64,000 bases of DNA, from assembly GCA_965651205.1 (NCBI GenBank), contig CBFGRM010000004.1, positions 14,241 through 78,240 of the forward strand, in the 5' to 3' direction. The notes beneath the pieces are model-generated. The model was not told the origin of the DNA. It worked only from the letters and a program-made list of their open reading frames with translations, and did not search any database. This DNA comes from an uncultured bacterium (lineage in GTDB: Bacteria; Gemmatimonadota; Gemmatimonadetes; Gemmatimonadales; GWC2-71-9). Of the stretch, positions 37,594-46,658 are shown piece by piece (position 1 is the first letter of the stretch; every line of letters begins with the position of its first letter). The position numbers were made by a program, and so were the translations under genes.

Positions 37594-38483
37594 TGCACCT
37601 GTTGGAGACAACCCCCGATCGACTGGCCACGCTGCAGGAACAACCGCACGCGATTCCCCGCAGCGACATCGTGCTGCGAGTGGAAGGTCCGGGAGCGGTT
37701 TCCTGCCTGCAGGGCTTGTTCACCAATGACATCGAACGGGCCGGCACGGAGTCACTGTTGTGGGGTGCGGTGCTCACGCCCAAGGGAATGATCATCACCG
37801 ATTGCTGGATGAGGCGACGGGACGACACCGTGCTGGTGATCGTGCCGGCATCCGGAATCGATGCGGTCGCCGACCTGTTCCGTCGCTCGCTGCCACCGCG
37901 ACTCGCCAAGGTCACCAACCTGGCCGATTCGATGCGCACCTGGTGGCTCACTGCAGGAGATGCCGCCTCGACTGCACCGGGCGAAGTTGTGGTGCCGACC
38001 GGATCGGCGCCGTTTGCGGCAATGTTGCTGACCGACGCGACGGTCGATGCCGCCACGCTGCAGGCAGCGGGTTGGCACGCTGCCAGCCCGGAAGCCGCGG
38101 ATATACTGGCATTGCTGGCAGGATGGCCGGTACACGGCCGCGAGATCGACGAGCGCACCCTGATTCAGGAAGTCAGATTCGACGAGCTGGAAGGCGTCAG
38201 GTACGACAAGGGTTGCTACGTCGGCCAGGAGACTGTTGCACGCCTGCATTTCCGTGGTCACCCAAACCGGATGCTCCGCGCCATCGAAGGCACCGGTGAG
38301 TCACCTGTCGATGCAGTTGTCACGCACGGAGATGGTCGCGAAGTGGGAACCGTCGCCACGCTGTTGCGACTGGGATCACGTTGGCTGGCGTCGGCAAAGT
38401 TGCGCCGCGAGGTGGTGGCTGGAGATCGCGTATCGGTGGGCGGTCGCGTCGGCGTGGTGACCGAATTCCGGGAAGTTGCCTGA
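37590..38483 (+). CDS. ygfZ: Folate-binding YgfZ/GcvT-like protein
   Basis: Start overlaps the previous stop (GTGATG). LQGLFTNDI, LTPKGMII, and the signature KGCYVGQETVARLHFRG. Confidence 0.8.
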   Translation: MMHLLETTPDRLATLQEQPHAIPRSDIVLRVEGPGAVSCLQGLFTNDIERAGTESLLWGAVLTPKGMIITDCWMRRRDDTVLVIVPASGIDAVADLFRRSLPPRLAKVTNLADSMRTWWLTAGDAASTAPGEVVVPTGSAPFAAMLLTDATVDAATLQAAGWHAASPEAADILALLAGWPVHGREIDERTLIQEVRFDELEGVRYDKGCYVGQETVARLHFRGHPNRMLRAIEGTGESPVDAVVTHGDGREVGTVATLLRLGSRWLASAKLRREVVAGDRVSVGGRVGVVTEFREVA

Positions 38484-38494
38484 GCCCCAAACGC

Positions 38495-38524
38495 GACACC
38501 CCGCGACGAGTGTCACGGGGTGTC
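38495..38524. terminator. GC-rich hairpin between convergent genes (possible terminator, no U-tract)
   Basis: GACACCCCG (38495-38503) pairs with CGGGGTGTC (38516-38524) across a 12-nt loop, between the ygfZ stop and the stop of the small lipoprotein gene. Confidence 0.4.
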
Positions 38525-38551
38525 GGGGTGCATCATCCTGCTTGCTTCGGC

Positions 38552-38764
38552 TCAGTGGGCCGAGTCACCAACCATATGCTGCATACTGTCGACGATCGCA
38601 CCGGCGCTGTCCATAAGCGCGTTGGCGCTGTCGGCCATCGCCTCCACGGTGTTCTCGACCGACTCGGCCGCAGCAGCGGCCGTGCTGTCGATCGCACCCT
38701 CGTCAGTCTGCTCGCCGCAACCAGCAACGAACACGAATGCTGCCGCCATCAGGAACTTCCGCAT
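38552..38764 (-). CDS. Small repetitive lipoprotein (70 aa)
   Basis: MRKFLMAAAFVFVAGC lipobox. The mature part is a run of about 7-aa A-x-x-D-S-x-x units and ends MQHMVGDSAH. Confidence 0.6.
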   Translation of the reverse strand: MRKFLMAAAFVFVAGCGEQTDEGAIDSTAAAAAESVENTVEAMADSANALMDSAGAIVDSMQHMVGDSAH

Positions 38765-38848
38765 CGCCTCTCCCTATGGATGTGATTGCTGAATGGTGAT
38801 CGTGGCCCGTGCCGAGCGCCGGCCGCAATCGCCCGATGCACCATTCGC

Positions 38849-38876
38849 AAGTTATGGCCTGCACCGGGGCTGTCAA
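38849..38876 (-). promoter_or_regulatory. Putative sigma-70-type promoter for the small lipoprotein gene
   Basis: On the minus strand, TTGACA (38876-38871) - 16 nt - TAACTT (38854-38849). This leaves a leader of about 80 nt with an 8-bp stem GAATGGTG/CACCATTC and a GGGAGAGG SD. Confidence 0.45.
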
Positions 38877-38943
38877 GCAGGATGCCGCGGGCTAACATCG
38901 CATCCAGCCAAGCTTTGCGCGAGACGCCCGAACAAAGACCGAA

Positions 38944-39573
38944 TCAGGACGACCGGCTGAGCAGCGGCCCGGCAGCCGCCACGATCACGTCCGCCGCCCG
39001 TTCCAGGCCGAGCCATCCGGTGTTGAGAGTGAGGTGGTAATTGCGCGGGTCGTACCAGTCGCGGTTGTACCATTGCCGGTGATACCGGGCCCGGTTGGCG
39101 TCCACTTCCTTGACCCGCTTCTGGGCGGCCTCGGCCTCCAGACCCAGCCGTTCAGCCACCACGGTGGCGCGGTGATCGATCGATCCCACCAACCGGACGT
39201 GCAGCGCGTCGACCCTGGTGCCGAGCAGGGCAACGGCGGCCCGGCCCACCACCACCACGTCCCCCTCCGCACAGGCGTCGGCGATCACCTGCTCGGAGAT
39301 CCGCACCAGCCTGGCCTCCTCCGCCTCCGGGAGTTCGACGTTCTCGCTGCTGAGCAGTTCGGGCGTGGCGGTGGACAGGGCGCGTGCCAGGCGTTCGATG
39401 AACGACGGGCCGCGCTCCTCGCGCTCCGCCACGTCGCTGGGGCTCAGTCCGGCGCGCCTGGCCACCTCGTCGACCACCTGGTTGTCGACCAGCCGCCAGC
39501 GGATCTGTTCCGCAACCAGCCGGGCCACCGAGGATCCACCGGCGCCGTACTCACGCGAAATGGTGATGAACAT
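38944..39573 (-). CDS. Cytidylate kinase-like family protein
   Basis: ATG 39573 abuts the upstream MFS stop. MFITISREYGAGGSSVARLVAEQI... (P-loop-like GAGGS). Confidence 0.8.
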   Translation of the reverse strand: MFITISREYGAGGSSVARLVAEQIRWRLVDNQVVDEVARRAGLSPSDVAEREERGPSFIERLARALSTATPELLSSENVELPEAEEARLVRISEQVIADACAEGDVVVVGRAAVALLGTRVDALHVRLVGSIDHRATVVAERLGLEAEAAQKRVKEVDANRARYHRQWYNRDWYDPRNYHLTLNTGWLGLERAADVIVAAAGPLLSRSS

Positions 39574-40820
39574 CAATCCTCCTGTACGGACCACAGTCCG
39601 CTTCGCAGGGCCAGCGCACCAAGCATCGTGACCACGCCGCTGATGAAGATGGCCCTATCCGTGCCGAACCGCTCGGCGATCGCACCGGCCTGGAACGCGC
39701 CGATCGGCGCCAGGCCAAGCACCACGAACGAATACACCGACATAACCTGCCCACGAAGGTGGGCCGGTGCGGCGAGTTGAAGCGACGTCGCGGTGGAGAT
39801 TCCGTTGGTGGCCATTGCCGCCCCGGCCAACCCCAGGCAGGTGAGCGCGGCGGGCAGCGAGTGCAACTGGGACAGCAGCATCACGCTCGCTGCCAGCGCT
39901 ATCGAGCCACTGCTGGCCAACCGGCCTCGCGGCACCCTCCTGCCCACTCCTCCCACGATGATCGCCCCGGTCGCCGCGCCGAGTCCCAGTGCGGACGTGA
40001 GCGCGCCGTAGCTCGAGGCGCCACCGCCCAGCATCTCGCGCACGAACACCGGCAGGATCGGGATGAACGATACCGCGAACACCGAGATGAACATCATCTG
40101 CAAGGTCAGTGATGACAGCACCCGGTTGCCACGGATGAAGCGGATCCCGGTGAAGATGGACGGCTTCGCCGTCTGCGTCCTGCCCGGCGCCCGATATTCG
40201 ATCCGGAACAGGCTGATCAACACCGCGAGATAGCTGATTGCATTGATCAGGAAACACACACCCGATCCCAGCAGCACCAGCAACACGCCGGCTACCGAGG
40301 GACCGACCACCCGGGCGAGGTTGTAGATCGTCGAGTTGAGTGCTGCGGCGGAGACGAGGTCCTCGTACGGCACCAGCTCGACCAGGAATGCCTGCCGGGC
40401 CGGCACCTCGAAGGCCGTGGCCAGGCCGTGGATCGCCGCCAGGCCCCAGATCATCTCCACTGTCACGACACCGGACAGCGTCAGCGCGGCCAGCGTCGAC
40501 GCCTCCAGCAGCATCACCGACTGCAGCACGATTATGAAGCGGCGCTTGTCCACCCGGTCGGCGACGAGTCCACCGTACAGGGTGAACAGCAGGATCGGCA
40601 GCGTGTTGAGCGTGGTGACCAGGCCGACTGCGAAGGCCGAGCCGGTCAGTTCCAGCACCAGCCAACCCTGGGCGATCTGCTGCATCCAGGTGCCGATCAG
40701 CGAAACCGTCTGTCCGGCGGCGAACCTGGAAAAATCCCTGTGCTTGAGCGCCCGGAACGGGCCGCTGAGCAGGGCGGCCCGAACCGGGTCGAACAGCCGT
40801 TGCAGCCTGGGCTGCATCAC
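39573..40820 (-). CDS. MFS transporter
   Basis: 415 aa with about 12 predicted TM segments. FRALKHRDFSRFAAGQTVSLIGTWMQ is typical of the EntS/MFS_3-like group. Confidence 0.85.
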   Translation of the reverse strand: MMQPRLQRLFDPVRAALLSGPFRALKHRDFSRFAAGQTVSLIGTWMQQIAQGWLVLELTGSAFAVGLVTTLNTLPILLFTLYGGLVADRVDKRRFIIVLQSVMLLEASTLAALTLSGVVTVEMIWGLAAIHGLATAFEVPARQAFLVELVPYEDLVSAAALNSTIYNLARVVGPSVAGVLLVLLGSGVCFLINAISYLAVLISLFRIEYRAPGRTQTAKPSIFTGIRFIRGNRVLSSLTLQMMFISVFAVSFIPILPVFVREMLGGGASSYGALTSALGLGAATGAIIVGGVGRRVPRGRLASSGSIALAASVMLLSQLHSLPAALTCLGLAGAAMATNGISTATSLQLAAPAHLRGQVMSVYSFVVLGLAPIGAFQAGAIAERFGTDRAIFISGVVTMLGALALRSGLWSVQED

Positions 40821-42247
40821 CGCCAGCGAATCGTCTTCACCTTGCGCCCGCGAGGCAGGGTTTCGTTCTCCTGCGCACCGTTGATCAGGGCGATCTCCTG
40901 TGCGGTTGCGGCATTGTTGCTGGCGTTCGCCAGCGCTGCCGGCGTGGTGTTGGAATTGAGCGTGATCACGTTGATCTCGCGCACGCGCCGGAACGCCTGA
41001 TTCGACGCCGTGGGGGCGAACGACCGCAGCACCTGGTCGATGGTGCGGCCGTGGGTGTTCCAGGCGCTCGCCAGCGTCAGGCCCAGGAACTGGTACACGG
41101 TACCGCCGTGCTCGACGTGCAGCACCTCACCTGCGAGCTGCTGGCCCTCGCTGCTGCTGGCGGTGAACTGTGTCAGCACGCCGCGAAGCCCCCTCAGGTT
41201 GACACTCTGCGCTGGACGTGCAGCGACACCCTGCTGCGAGCTGAACGCCTGCGCCGCAGCGGCTGCGGTCGACTGCTCCACGCCCGACAACACCACCTGC
41301 GCCTGGCCGTTCGGCTCCGCCATAATCACCTGGGTCGCATAGTTGGCGTGCTGCCAGTTCTGCGGCAGCGCAAACTGGAACCGCAACACCGGGTGCAGAT
41401 AGCGACCTTCCTCGAAGTAACCCTGGCGCGGATCCTGACCGTACACCATTCCGTCCAGCAGGTCGAGGAACTTGTCGCGCTCGGTGCGCAAGTTGACATA
41501 ACTGGTGACAGTGTCGGCGGCGCGCTGACTCGCCTCGACCCGGTCGCCCGGATCGGGGTGGGTCGACAGGAAAGCCGGCAACCGGTCACCACTGCCCGAC
41601 GATGCGCCGATCCGCTCCAGCGTGCGGAAGGTCTTGGGCATCTCGCGCACATCATAGCCCTGCTGCAGCGAGTAGCGATGACCGAGTTCATCGGACTGCT
41701 TCTCGTCGTCGCGACCGAACTTGAGAAACAGCATCGACGCACCTGCCTGCGCCAGTTGGCCGATCCCGCCACCGACGATGTCGGGTGCGGCAATCGCTCC
41801 GGCAATCAGGCCTGCCTGTGCCAGGGTGGCGTTGGACATCTGCGTCACCGAGTGCTTGGCGGTGACGTGACCGATCTCGTGTCCCAGCACCCCTGCGAGT
41901 TCGGCCCCGGAGTTCATCACCGAAAGGATGCCGCGAGTGACGAAGATGAACCCACCCGGCGCCGCGAAGGCGTTGATCATAGCGTCGTCGAGCACGTGGA
42001 ACTCCCACGGCAGATCGGGCCGCTCGGAGGCACGCGCCATCTTCATTCCCATTTCACGGATGTAGGCGACCAGCTCAGGGTCGTCGTAGAAGCCCGTCTG
42101 CGCCGCCGAGGCCGCCAGCGACTGGCGCCCCATCTCGATCTCCTGTGCCTCGCTCACCAGCGAAAATTCCCGCTTGCCGGTGACCGGGTTGGTCGCACAG
42201 GCGGCCAGCAGGATGGCGGTGAGCGCTGCTACCGAAAAAGTACGCAT
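40817..42247 (-). CDS. M48-family zinc metalloprotease, lipoprotein
   Basis: ATG 42247: MRTFSVAALTAILLAAC lipobox. HEIGHV zinc motif. AAGGGGA SD 6 nt upstream. Confidence 0.85.
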   Translation of the reverse strand: MRTFSVAALTAILLAACATNPVTGKREFSLVSEAQEIEMGRQSLAASAAQTGFYDDPELVAYIREMGMKMARASERPDLPWEFHVLDDAMINAFAAPGGFIFVTRGILSVMNSGAELAGVLGHEIGHVTAKHSVTQMSNATLAQAGLIAGAIAAPDIVGGGIGQLAQAGASMLFLKFGRDDEKQSDELGHRYSLQQGYDVREMPKTFRTLERIGASSGSGDRLPAFLSTHPDPGDRVEASQRAADTVTSYVNLRTERDKFLDLLDGMVYGQDPRQGYFEEGRYLHPVLRFQFALPQNWQHANYATQVIMAEPNGQAQVVLSGVEQSTAAAAAQAFSSQQGVAARPAQSVNLRGLRGVLTQFTASSSEGQQLAGEVLHVEHGGTVYQFLGLTLASAWNTHGRTIDQVLRSFAPTASNQAFRRVREINVITLNSNTTPAALANASNNAATAQEIALINGAQENETLPRGRKVKTIRWR

Positions 42248-42284
42248 TGGCTGTCCCCTTGGGTGTCCACGTATCATACCGGCC

Positions 42285-43580
42285 GTGACCACGAATCTGC
42301 CACCACTAGAGCCCAGGACTCCCTGGACCGGCTGGACTCCGGCCGGTGGTTCGCCACTGCCGGCTCCGGTCGGCAATGCCGACCCCCGAATCTCGTTCCT
42401 GCTCAACCTGGGCCGGGCCCTGCACACCTCGGGCTACTCGGCCGACCGGCTCGAGGAGGCCCTCTCGCTGGCCAGTGACCAACTCGGGCTCGAGGCCAAT
42501 TTCTTCTCGACCCCCACCTCGATTATGGCCTCATTCGGCCCGCAAGACGACCAGCGGACCTTTATGCTCCGGGTCTCTCCCGGGGATTCGAACCTGGCCA
42601 AGCTGGCCCGGGTCGACCAGGTCACCCGCGACGTGCTGACCGGCCGGCTCACCCCCTCGGAGGGCACCGCGGCGATCGCGGCGATCGAATCGGCCAAGCC
42701 CGACTACGGCCCGGGGATCACCACCATCGCCTTCGGAGTGGCATCGGCCAGCGCGGCCCGCTTCCTCGGCGGAGGCCTGAGCGAGGTCGTCCTCGGCTTG
42801 CTGGCCGGCCTGGCCATCGGCGGACTCGCCCTGCTGGCCGAGCGCCACGCCGGACTGGCCCGGGTGTTCGAGCCGGTGGCTGCATTCACCGGCTCGGTTC
42901 TGGTAACGCTCGCGGCCGCCGCGGGTGCACCAGTGGCGGTGCTGCTGGCCACCCTCGCCGCGGTGATCATCCTGATCCCGGGTCTCACCCTCACCACCGC
43001 CATCACCGAGCTTTCGACCAGGCACCTGGCCTCCGGCACCGCCCGACTGGCAGGTGCACTGGTGCTGCTGCTGGGAATCACCTTCGGGATCGCGCTGGGT
43101 GCCAAGATCGTCACCCTCGTCACCGGACCGATCCCGCGCATCGACCCGGTGCCGCTGCCGGGCTGGACCCTGTTCGCGTCGCTGGTGACCGTGTCGCTGG
43201 CCTTCGTGGTGCTGCTCAAGGCCGAGGTTCGCGACACCGGCTACATCATCGCGGCCGGCGGCCTTGCATTCCTCGGTGCACGACTCGGCGGCAACCTGCT
43301 GGGACCGGAACTGGGAGCCTTCGGCGGAGCGCTGCTCACCGGCATCGGCTCGCGCTGGTACTCGCGCCTCACCAACCGGCCGTCGCAGATCACCCTGGTG
43401 CCGGGGCTGCTGCTGCTGGTGCCGGGGTCGATCGGCCTGCGCTCGTTCACCGAGATGCTCGAGGGCGAGGCGATCTCGGGTGTCGAAGGCGTGTTCCGTG
43501 TGGCGCTGATTGCGGTGTCGCTGGCGTCGGGCATCCTGATCGCCAGACTGGTGACACCCAAGCGGGGCCTGCTGGAGTGA
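42285..43580 (+). CDS. Threonine/serine exporter family protein (ThrE-like, DUF1212 + DUF3815)
   Basis: GTG 42285 in the frame of track ORF 42174..43580. LNLGRALHTSGYSADRLEEAL..., followed by about 10 TM segments. Confidence 0.8.
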   Translation: MTTNLPPLEPRTPWTGWTPAGGSPLPAPVGNADPRISFLLNLGRALHTSGYSADRLEEALSLASDQLGLEANFFSTPTSIMASFGPQDDQRTFMLRVSPGDSNLAKLARVDQVTRDVLTGRLTPSEGTAAIAAIESAKPDYGPGITTIAFGVASASAARFLGGGLSEVVLGLLAGLAIGGLALLAERHAGLARVFEPVAAFTGSVLVTLAAAAGAPVAVLLATLAAVIILIPGLTLTTAITELSTRHLASGTARLAGALVLLLGITFGIALGAKIVTLVTGPIPRIDPVPLPGWTLFASLVTVSLAFVVLLKAEVRDTGYIIAAGGLAFLGARLGGNLLGPELGAFGGALLTGIGSRWYSRLTNRPSQITLVPGLLLLVPGSIGLRSFTEMLEGEAISGVEGVFRVALIAVSLASGILIARLVTPKRGLLE

Positions 43581-43582
43581 GG

Positions 43583-43620
43583 CCGGGGCGCCGCGACCGT
43601 TCCGCGTCGTTGCGCCCCGG
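43583..43620. terminator. GC-rich hairpin between convergent genes (possible terminator, no U-tract)
   Basis: CCGGGGCGC (43583-43591) pairs with GCGCCCCGG (43612-43620). Confidence 0.4.
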
Positions 43621-43631
43621 TGTCGTGCGGA

Positions 43632-44588
43632 CTAGTCGACGGGATCCACGCTGCGGTAGGCCTGCACCACGCGCGCTTCTCCCTCGGCGCCTGGTCGGGA
43701 ATTGCCGTGCTCCATCCCCACCACACCGGTGAATCCCTTGCGCTTGAGGTGTCCGAACACATTGGCGTAGTTGATCTCGCCGGTGCCGGGTTCGCGACGT
43801 CCGGGGTTGTCGCCCACCTGCACATAGCCCACCTCGTCCCAGGCGCGATCGAAGTTGGGAATCAGGTTGCCCTCGGTGATCTGCTGGTGGTAGATGTCGA
43901 ACAGGATCTTGCACGCCGGTGAATCGACCGCGCGACAGATCTGGTAGGCGTGCGGTACCCGGGCCAGGAACATCCCCGGGTGATCACGACGGTTGAGCGG
44001 CTCCAGCACCATCACCAGTCCGTGCGGCTCCAGGCGCTCCGCAGCCCGGCGCAGGATCTCCACCGCATTGGCAGTCTGGTACTCGGGCTCCAGCCGGTGA
44101 GCGATGTCGCCCATCACCACGGTCATCCACCTTGCGTTGACGCGCTTGGCCACCTCGATCGAGGCGTCCACGTCGGCCAGGAACGAATCGCGGAAGTCGT
44201 CGCCGCCCGCGGCAAATGTCACCTTGCCGAACGCGGTGTCGGGGTTGACGACGAACACACCCATCCGCATCCCCAACCGGGCCATCGCATTGGCGATTCG
44301 CTCCTGGTCGGCAACGCTGCGGCCGCGCATCCCGTTGTCCTCCAGCGAGCGGAACCCCTGCTCGTACATCCATTCGAGCTGCGCCACCGGATCTTCGCCG
44401 GCGGAGTGGCGGAACATCCCGAAATGAGGCGCATAGTCGAGCGCGAACGGCTGCCCGCTGTCGCTGGCCGGTGTGCTCGCACCCAGGCTGCTGGCGGCTG
44501 ACACCGCCGCCCCGACTGATCCCACGAATGCCCGCCGATCCATCATCGCCCTCGCTGACGGTTGAGAGTTCTCGTTCACCGCTTGCAC
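43632..44588 (-). CDS. Sugar phosphate isomerase/epimerase (hydroxypyruvate isomerase-like TIM barrel) with a TAT signal
   Basis: MMDRRAFVGSVGAAVSAASSLGA twin-arginine signal and a xylose-isomerase-like barrel. Confidence 0.8.
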   Translation of the reverse strand: MQAVNENSQPSARAMMDRRAFVGSVGAAVSAASSLGASTPASDSGQPFALDYAPHFGMFRHSAGEDPVAQLEWMYEQGFRSLEDNGMRGRSVADQERIANAMARLGMRMGVFVVNPDTAFGKVTFAAGGDDFRDSFLADVDASIEVAKRVNARWMTVVMGDIAHRLEPEYQTANAVEILRRAAERLEPHGLVMVLEPLNRRDHPGMFLARVPHAYQICRAVDSPACKILFDIYHQQITEGNLIPNFDRAWDEVGYVQVGDNPGRREPGTGEINYANVFGHLKRKGFTGVVGMEHGNSRPGAEGEARVVQAYRSVDPVD

Positions 44589-44598
44589 GCAGTCCGCT

Positions 44599-45894
44599 TC
44601 ACCAGCCCTGGTCGAAGTTCCGATCCAGCCTGGTCTCCCCCGGCATCGGCACCGGCGGCACCGCCAGTGGTCCGAAGGCGATCGGGTCGGGCAGCAACGA
44701 CTGCCCGCTGGCGATCAGCTCATCCATCGTGACCGGTTGCCCGGTGTAGGCCGATTCCCTGCCGAGAATTGCAGTGAGCGTGCTCTCCGCGATGCGACGT
44801 CCCTCGTTGAGGGGCTTGCCGGCGCGGATGCTCGCCACCAGGTCGCGATGTTCCTCGACATACGGGTTGATGCCCTCCAGGACCGGATGCTGCCAGCTTG
44901 TTGCTCCGGCGATCTGGTCGTAGCCGTTCGACGTGCCGCGCGTTCCCTGGAAGAACTCACCCACCCTGGAAGCGGTGCCGTCCTGCTGCCTGCACATCGA
45001 CCAGACCCGCTGCCCGCCCGGGTATTCGAACTCCACCGTGAAGTGATCGAAGATGTGGCCGTAAGCCGGATCGGTGCGCACCTGCCGACCACCGCTCGCC
45101 AGTGCGCGCACCGGTGCACTGCCGATCACCCAGTTGGCGACATCGATGTTGTGAACGTGCTGCTCGACGATGTGATCGCCCGACAGCCAGGTGAAGTAGA
45201 GCCAGTTGCGGAGTTGCCACTCGGTGTCGGTCCAGTCCGGTTTCCTGGCGTGATTCCAGAGTCCACCCTGGTTCCAGTACACCTGGCCGCTGATCACGTC
45301 GCCGATGGCACCGTCGTGAATCCTGCGGATCGTCTCGATGTAGCGCGGATCGTGACGTCGCTGGGTTCCCGCAACTATCGCCAGTCCCTGCCTTGCTGCG
45401 CGGTCGGACGCCTCGATCACCTCCAGGGCGGTGGCCACGTCCACCGCCACCGGCTTCTCCGTGAACACGTGCTTGCCGGCGGCGATTGCCTTGCTCAGGT
45501 GAGCCGACCGGAAAGCAGGCGGCGTGGCGAGGATCGCCAGGTCGATATCCGCGGAGAGCACCTTGTCGATCGCATCGAATCCGACAAAGGTGCGCTCCTC
45601 GGTCACCTGGTAGCCAGCAGCATACTGCGGCCGCTCCGCGATCCAGCGCGACAGTTGCTCACGTGAACTCGCCAGCTTGTCGGGAAACAGGTCGCCCATC
45701 GCGACGATCGAAACGTTTTCGCTGGCAACCAGTGCGTCGCGCGCCGCGCCGGTCCCGCGACCGCCGCAGCCGATCACTCCGATCCGGATCGGGTCGGCGT
45801 CCGGGCGGCCGATCCCGAACGCCCTCGACGGCAGCGATGCAGCCAGCGCCGCAGTTGTGGTGGTGGCCACGAAGTCACGTCGGGAAATGGTCAC
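44599..45894 (-). CDS. Gfo/Idh/MocA-family oxidoreductase with a TAT signal
   Basis: GTG 45894: VTISRRDFVATTTTAALAASLP. Rossmann motif IRIGVIGCGGRG. Confidence 0.85.
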   Translation of the reverse strand: MTISRRDFVATTTTAALAASLPSRAFGIGRPDADPIRIGVIGCGGRGTGAARDALVASENVSIVAMGDLFPDKLASSREQLSRWIAERPQYAAGYQVTEERTFVGFDAIDKVLSADIDLAILATPPAFRSAHLSKAIAAGKHVFTEKPVAVDVATALEVIEASDRAARQGLAIVAGTQRRHDPRYIETIRRIHDGAIGDVISGQVYWNQGGLWNHARKPDWTDTEWQLRNWLYFTWLSGDHIVEQHVHNIDVANWVIGSAPVRALASGGRQVRTDPAYGHIFDHFTVEFEYPGGQRVWSMCRQQDGTASRVGEFFQGTRGTSNGYDQIAGATSWQHPVLEGINPYVEEHRDLVASIRAGKPLNEGRRIAESTLTAILGRESAYTGQPVTMDELIASGQSLLPDPIAFGPLAVPPVPMPGETRLDRNFDQGW

Positions 45895-46655
45895 GGCATC
45901 CTCGCAATGCGGAATCCTGCAAATGGGCCGTCGGAAAGCCACCAACGGCTCTTGGGAATCTGGGGATCGGTCTGGTTCCAACTCGGTTCCTGCCGGTGCC
46001 TGGTCTCCGTGGTTACCAGCGAATCGCGATACGAACCACCTCGCAGCCACGGCGTGCCGTCCATACCGGTGACCCACTCACCGGCGTTGCCCAGCAAGTC
46101 GTACAGGCCGAGTGCGTCGGGAGCGCCACTCCCCGAGCGACTCGTGGTGACGCCGCCATCCTCGGCGGTCCACGCCGCATCATCGCCGGGACCGCCGTCG
46201 GGAAATGCCAGGTCGGCGGCACGCTGCCACTGTGCATCGGTCAGTACGGCGTACCGATTTCCTGTCCGTTCCGAGAGCCAGCGCACGAACCGTGTGGTGG
46301 CGCCGTGGGTGATCGAAATTGCCGGATAGCCACGATGTCCGAAGCCGCGATCCGGCGCACCGTACGGTCGCGAGGGCCTCAAGCGGGCGTCGACGCTGTC
46401 ACGCTGGCCCCGCGGCACGTCGAGCCGCAGGTAGAAGATGTCGTAGAGTTCCCAGGGCACTTCGTGACGACCGATCAGGAAGCTGTCGACCATCACCGTG
46501 TCACCGCCCACCACCACCTTGCCGCCCGGGACCTCCACCAGCTCCCACGACATTCTGAGCCCCGGCAGCGAATCGCTCACAATCACCGGCTGTTGCGAAA
46601 GCAGGGTCGGCGCAATCAGCACCGGCAACACCAGGGCAGGACAGGGTAATTTCAT
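45891..46655 (-). CDS. Formylglycine-generating enzyme (SUMF1) family protein
   Basis: ATG 46655: MKLPCPALVLPVLIAPTLLS signal peptide. GLYDLLGNAGEWV and RGGSY motifs. Confidence 0.8.
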   Translation of the reverse strand: MKLPCPALVLPVLIAPTLLSQQPVIVSDSLPGLRMSWELVEVPGGKVVVGGDTVMVDSFLIGRHEVPWELYDIFYLRLDVPRGQRDSVDARLRPSRPYGAPDRGFGHRGYPAISITHGATTRFVRWLSERTGNRYAVLTDAQWQRAADLAFPDGGPGDDAAWTAEDGGVTTSRSGSGAPDALGLYDLLGNAGEWVTGMDGTPWLRGGSYRDSLVTTETRHRQEPSWNQTDPQIPKSRWWLSDGPFAGFRIARMP

Positions 46656-46658
46656 CCG

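Noticed and set aside
42575-42600. Minus-strand GGTTCGAATCCCC string resembling a tRNA T-arm.
   Set aside because: The flanks do not form a T-stem or an acceptor stem. The segment lies inside a well-supported ThrE-like coding frame (…SPGDSNLAKL…).
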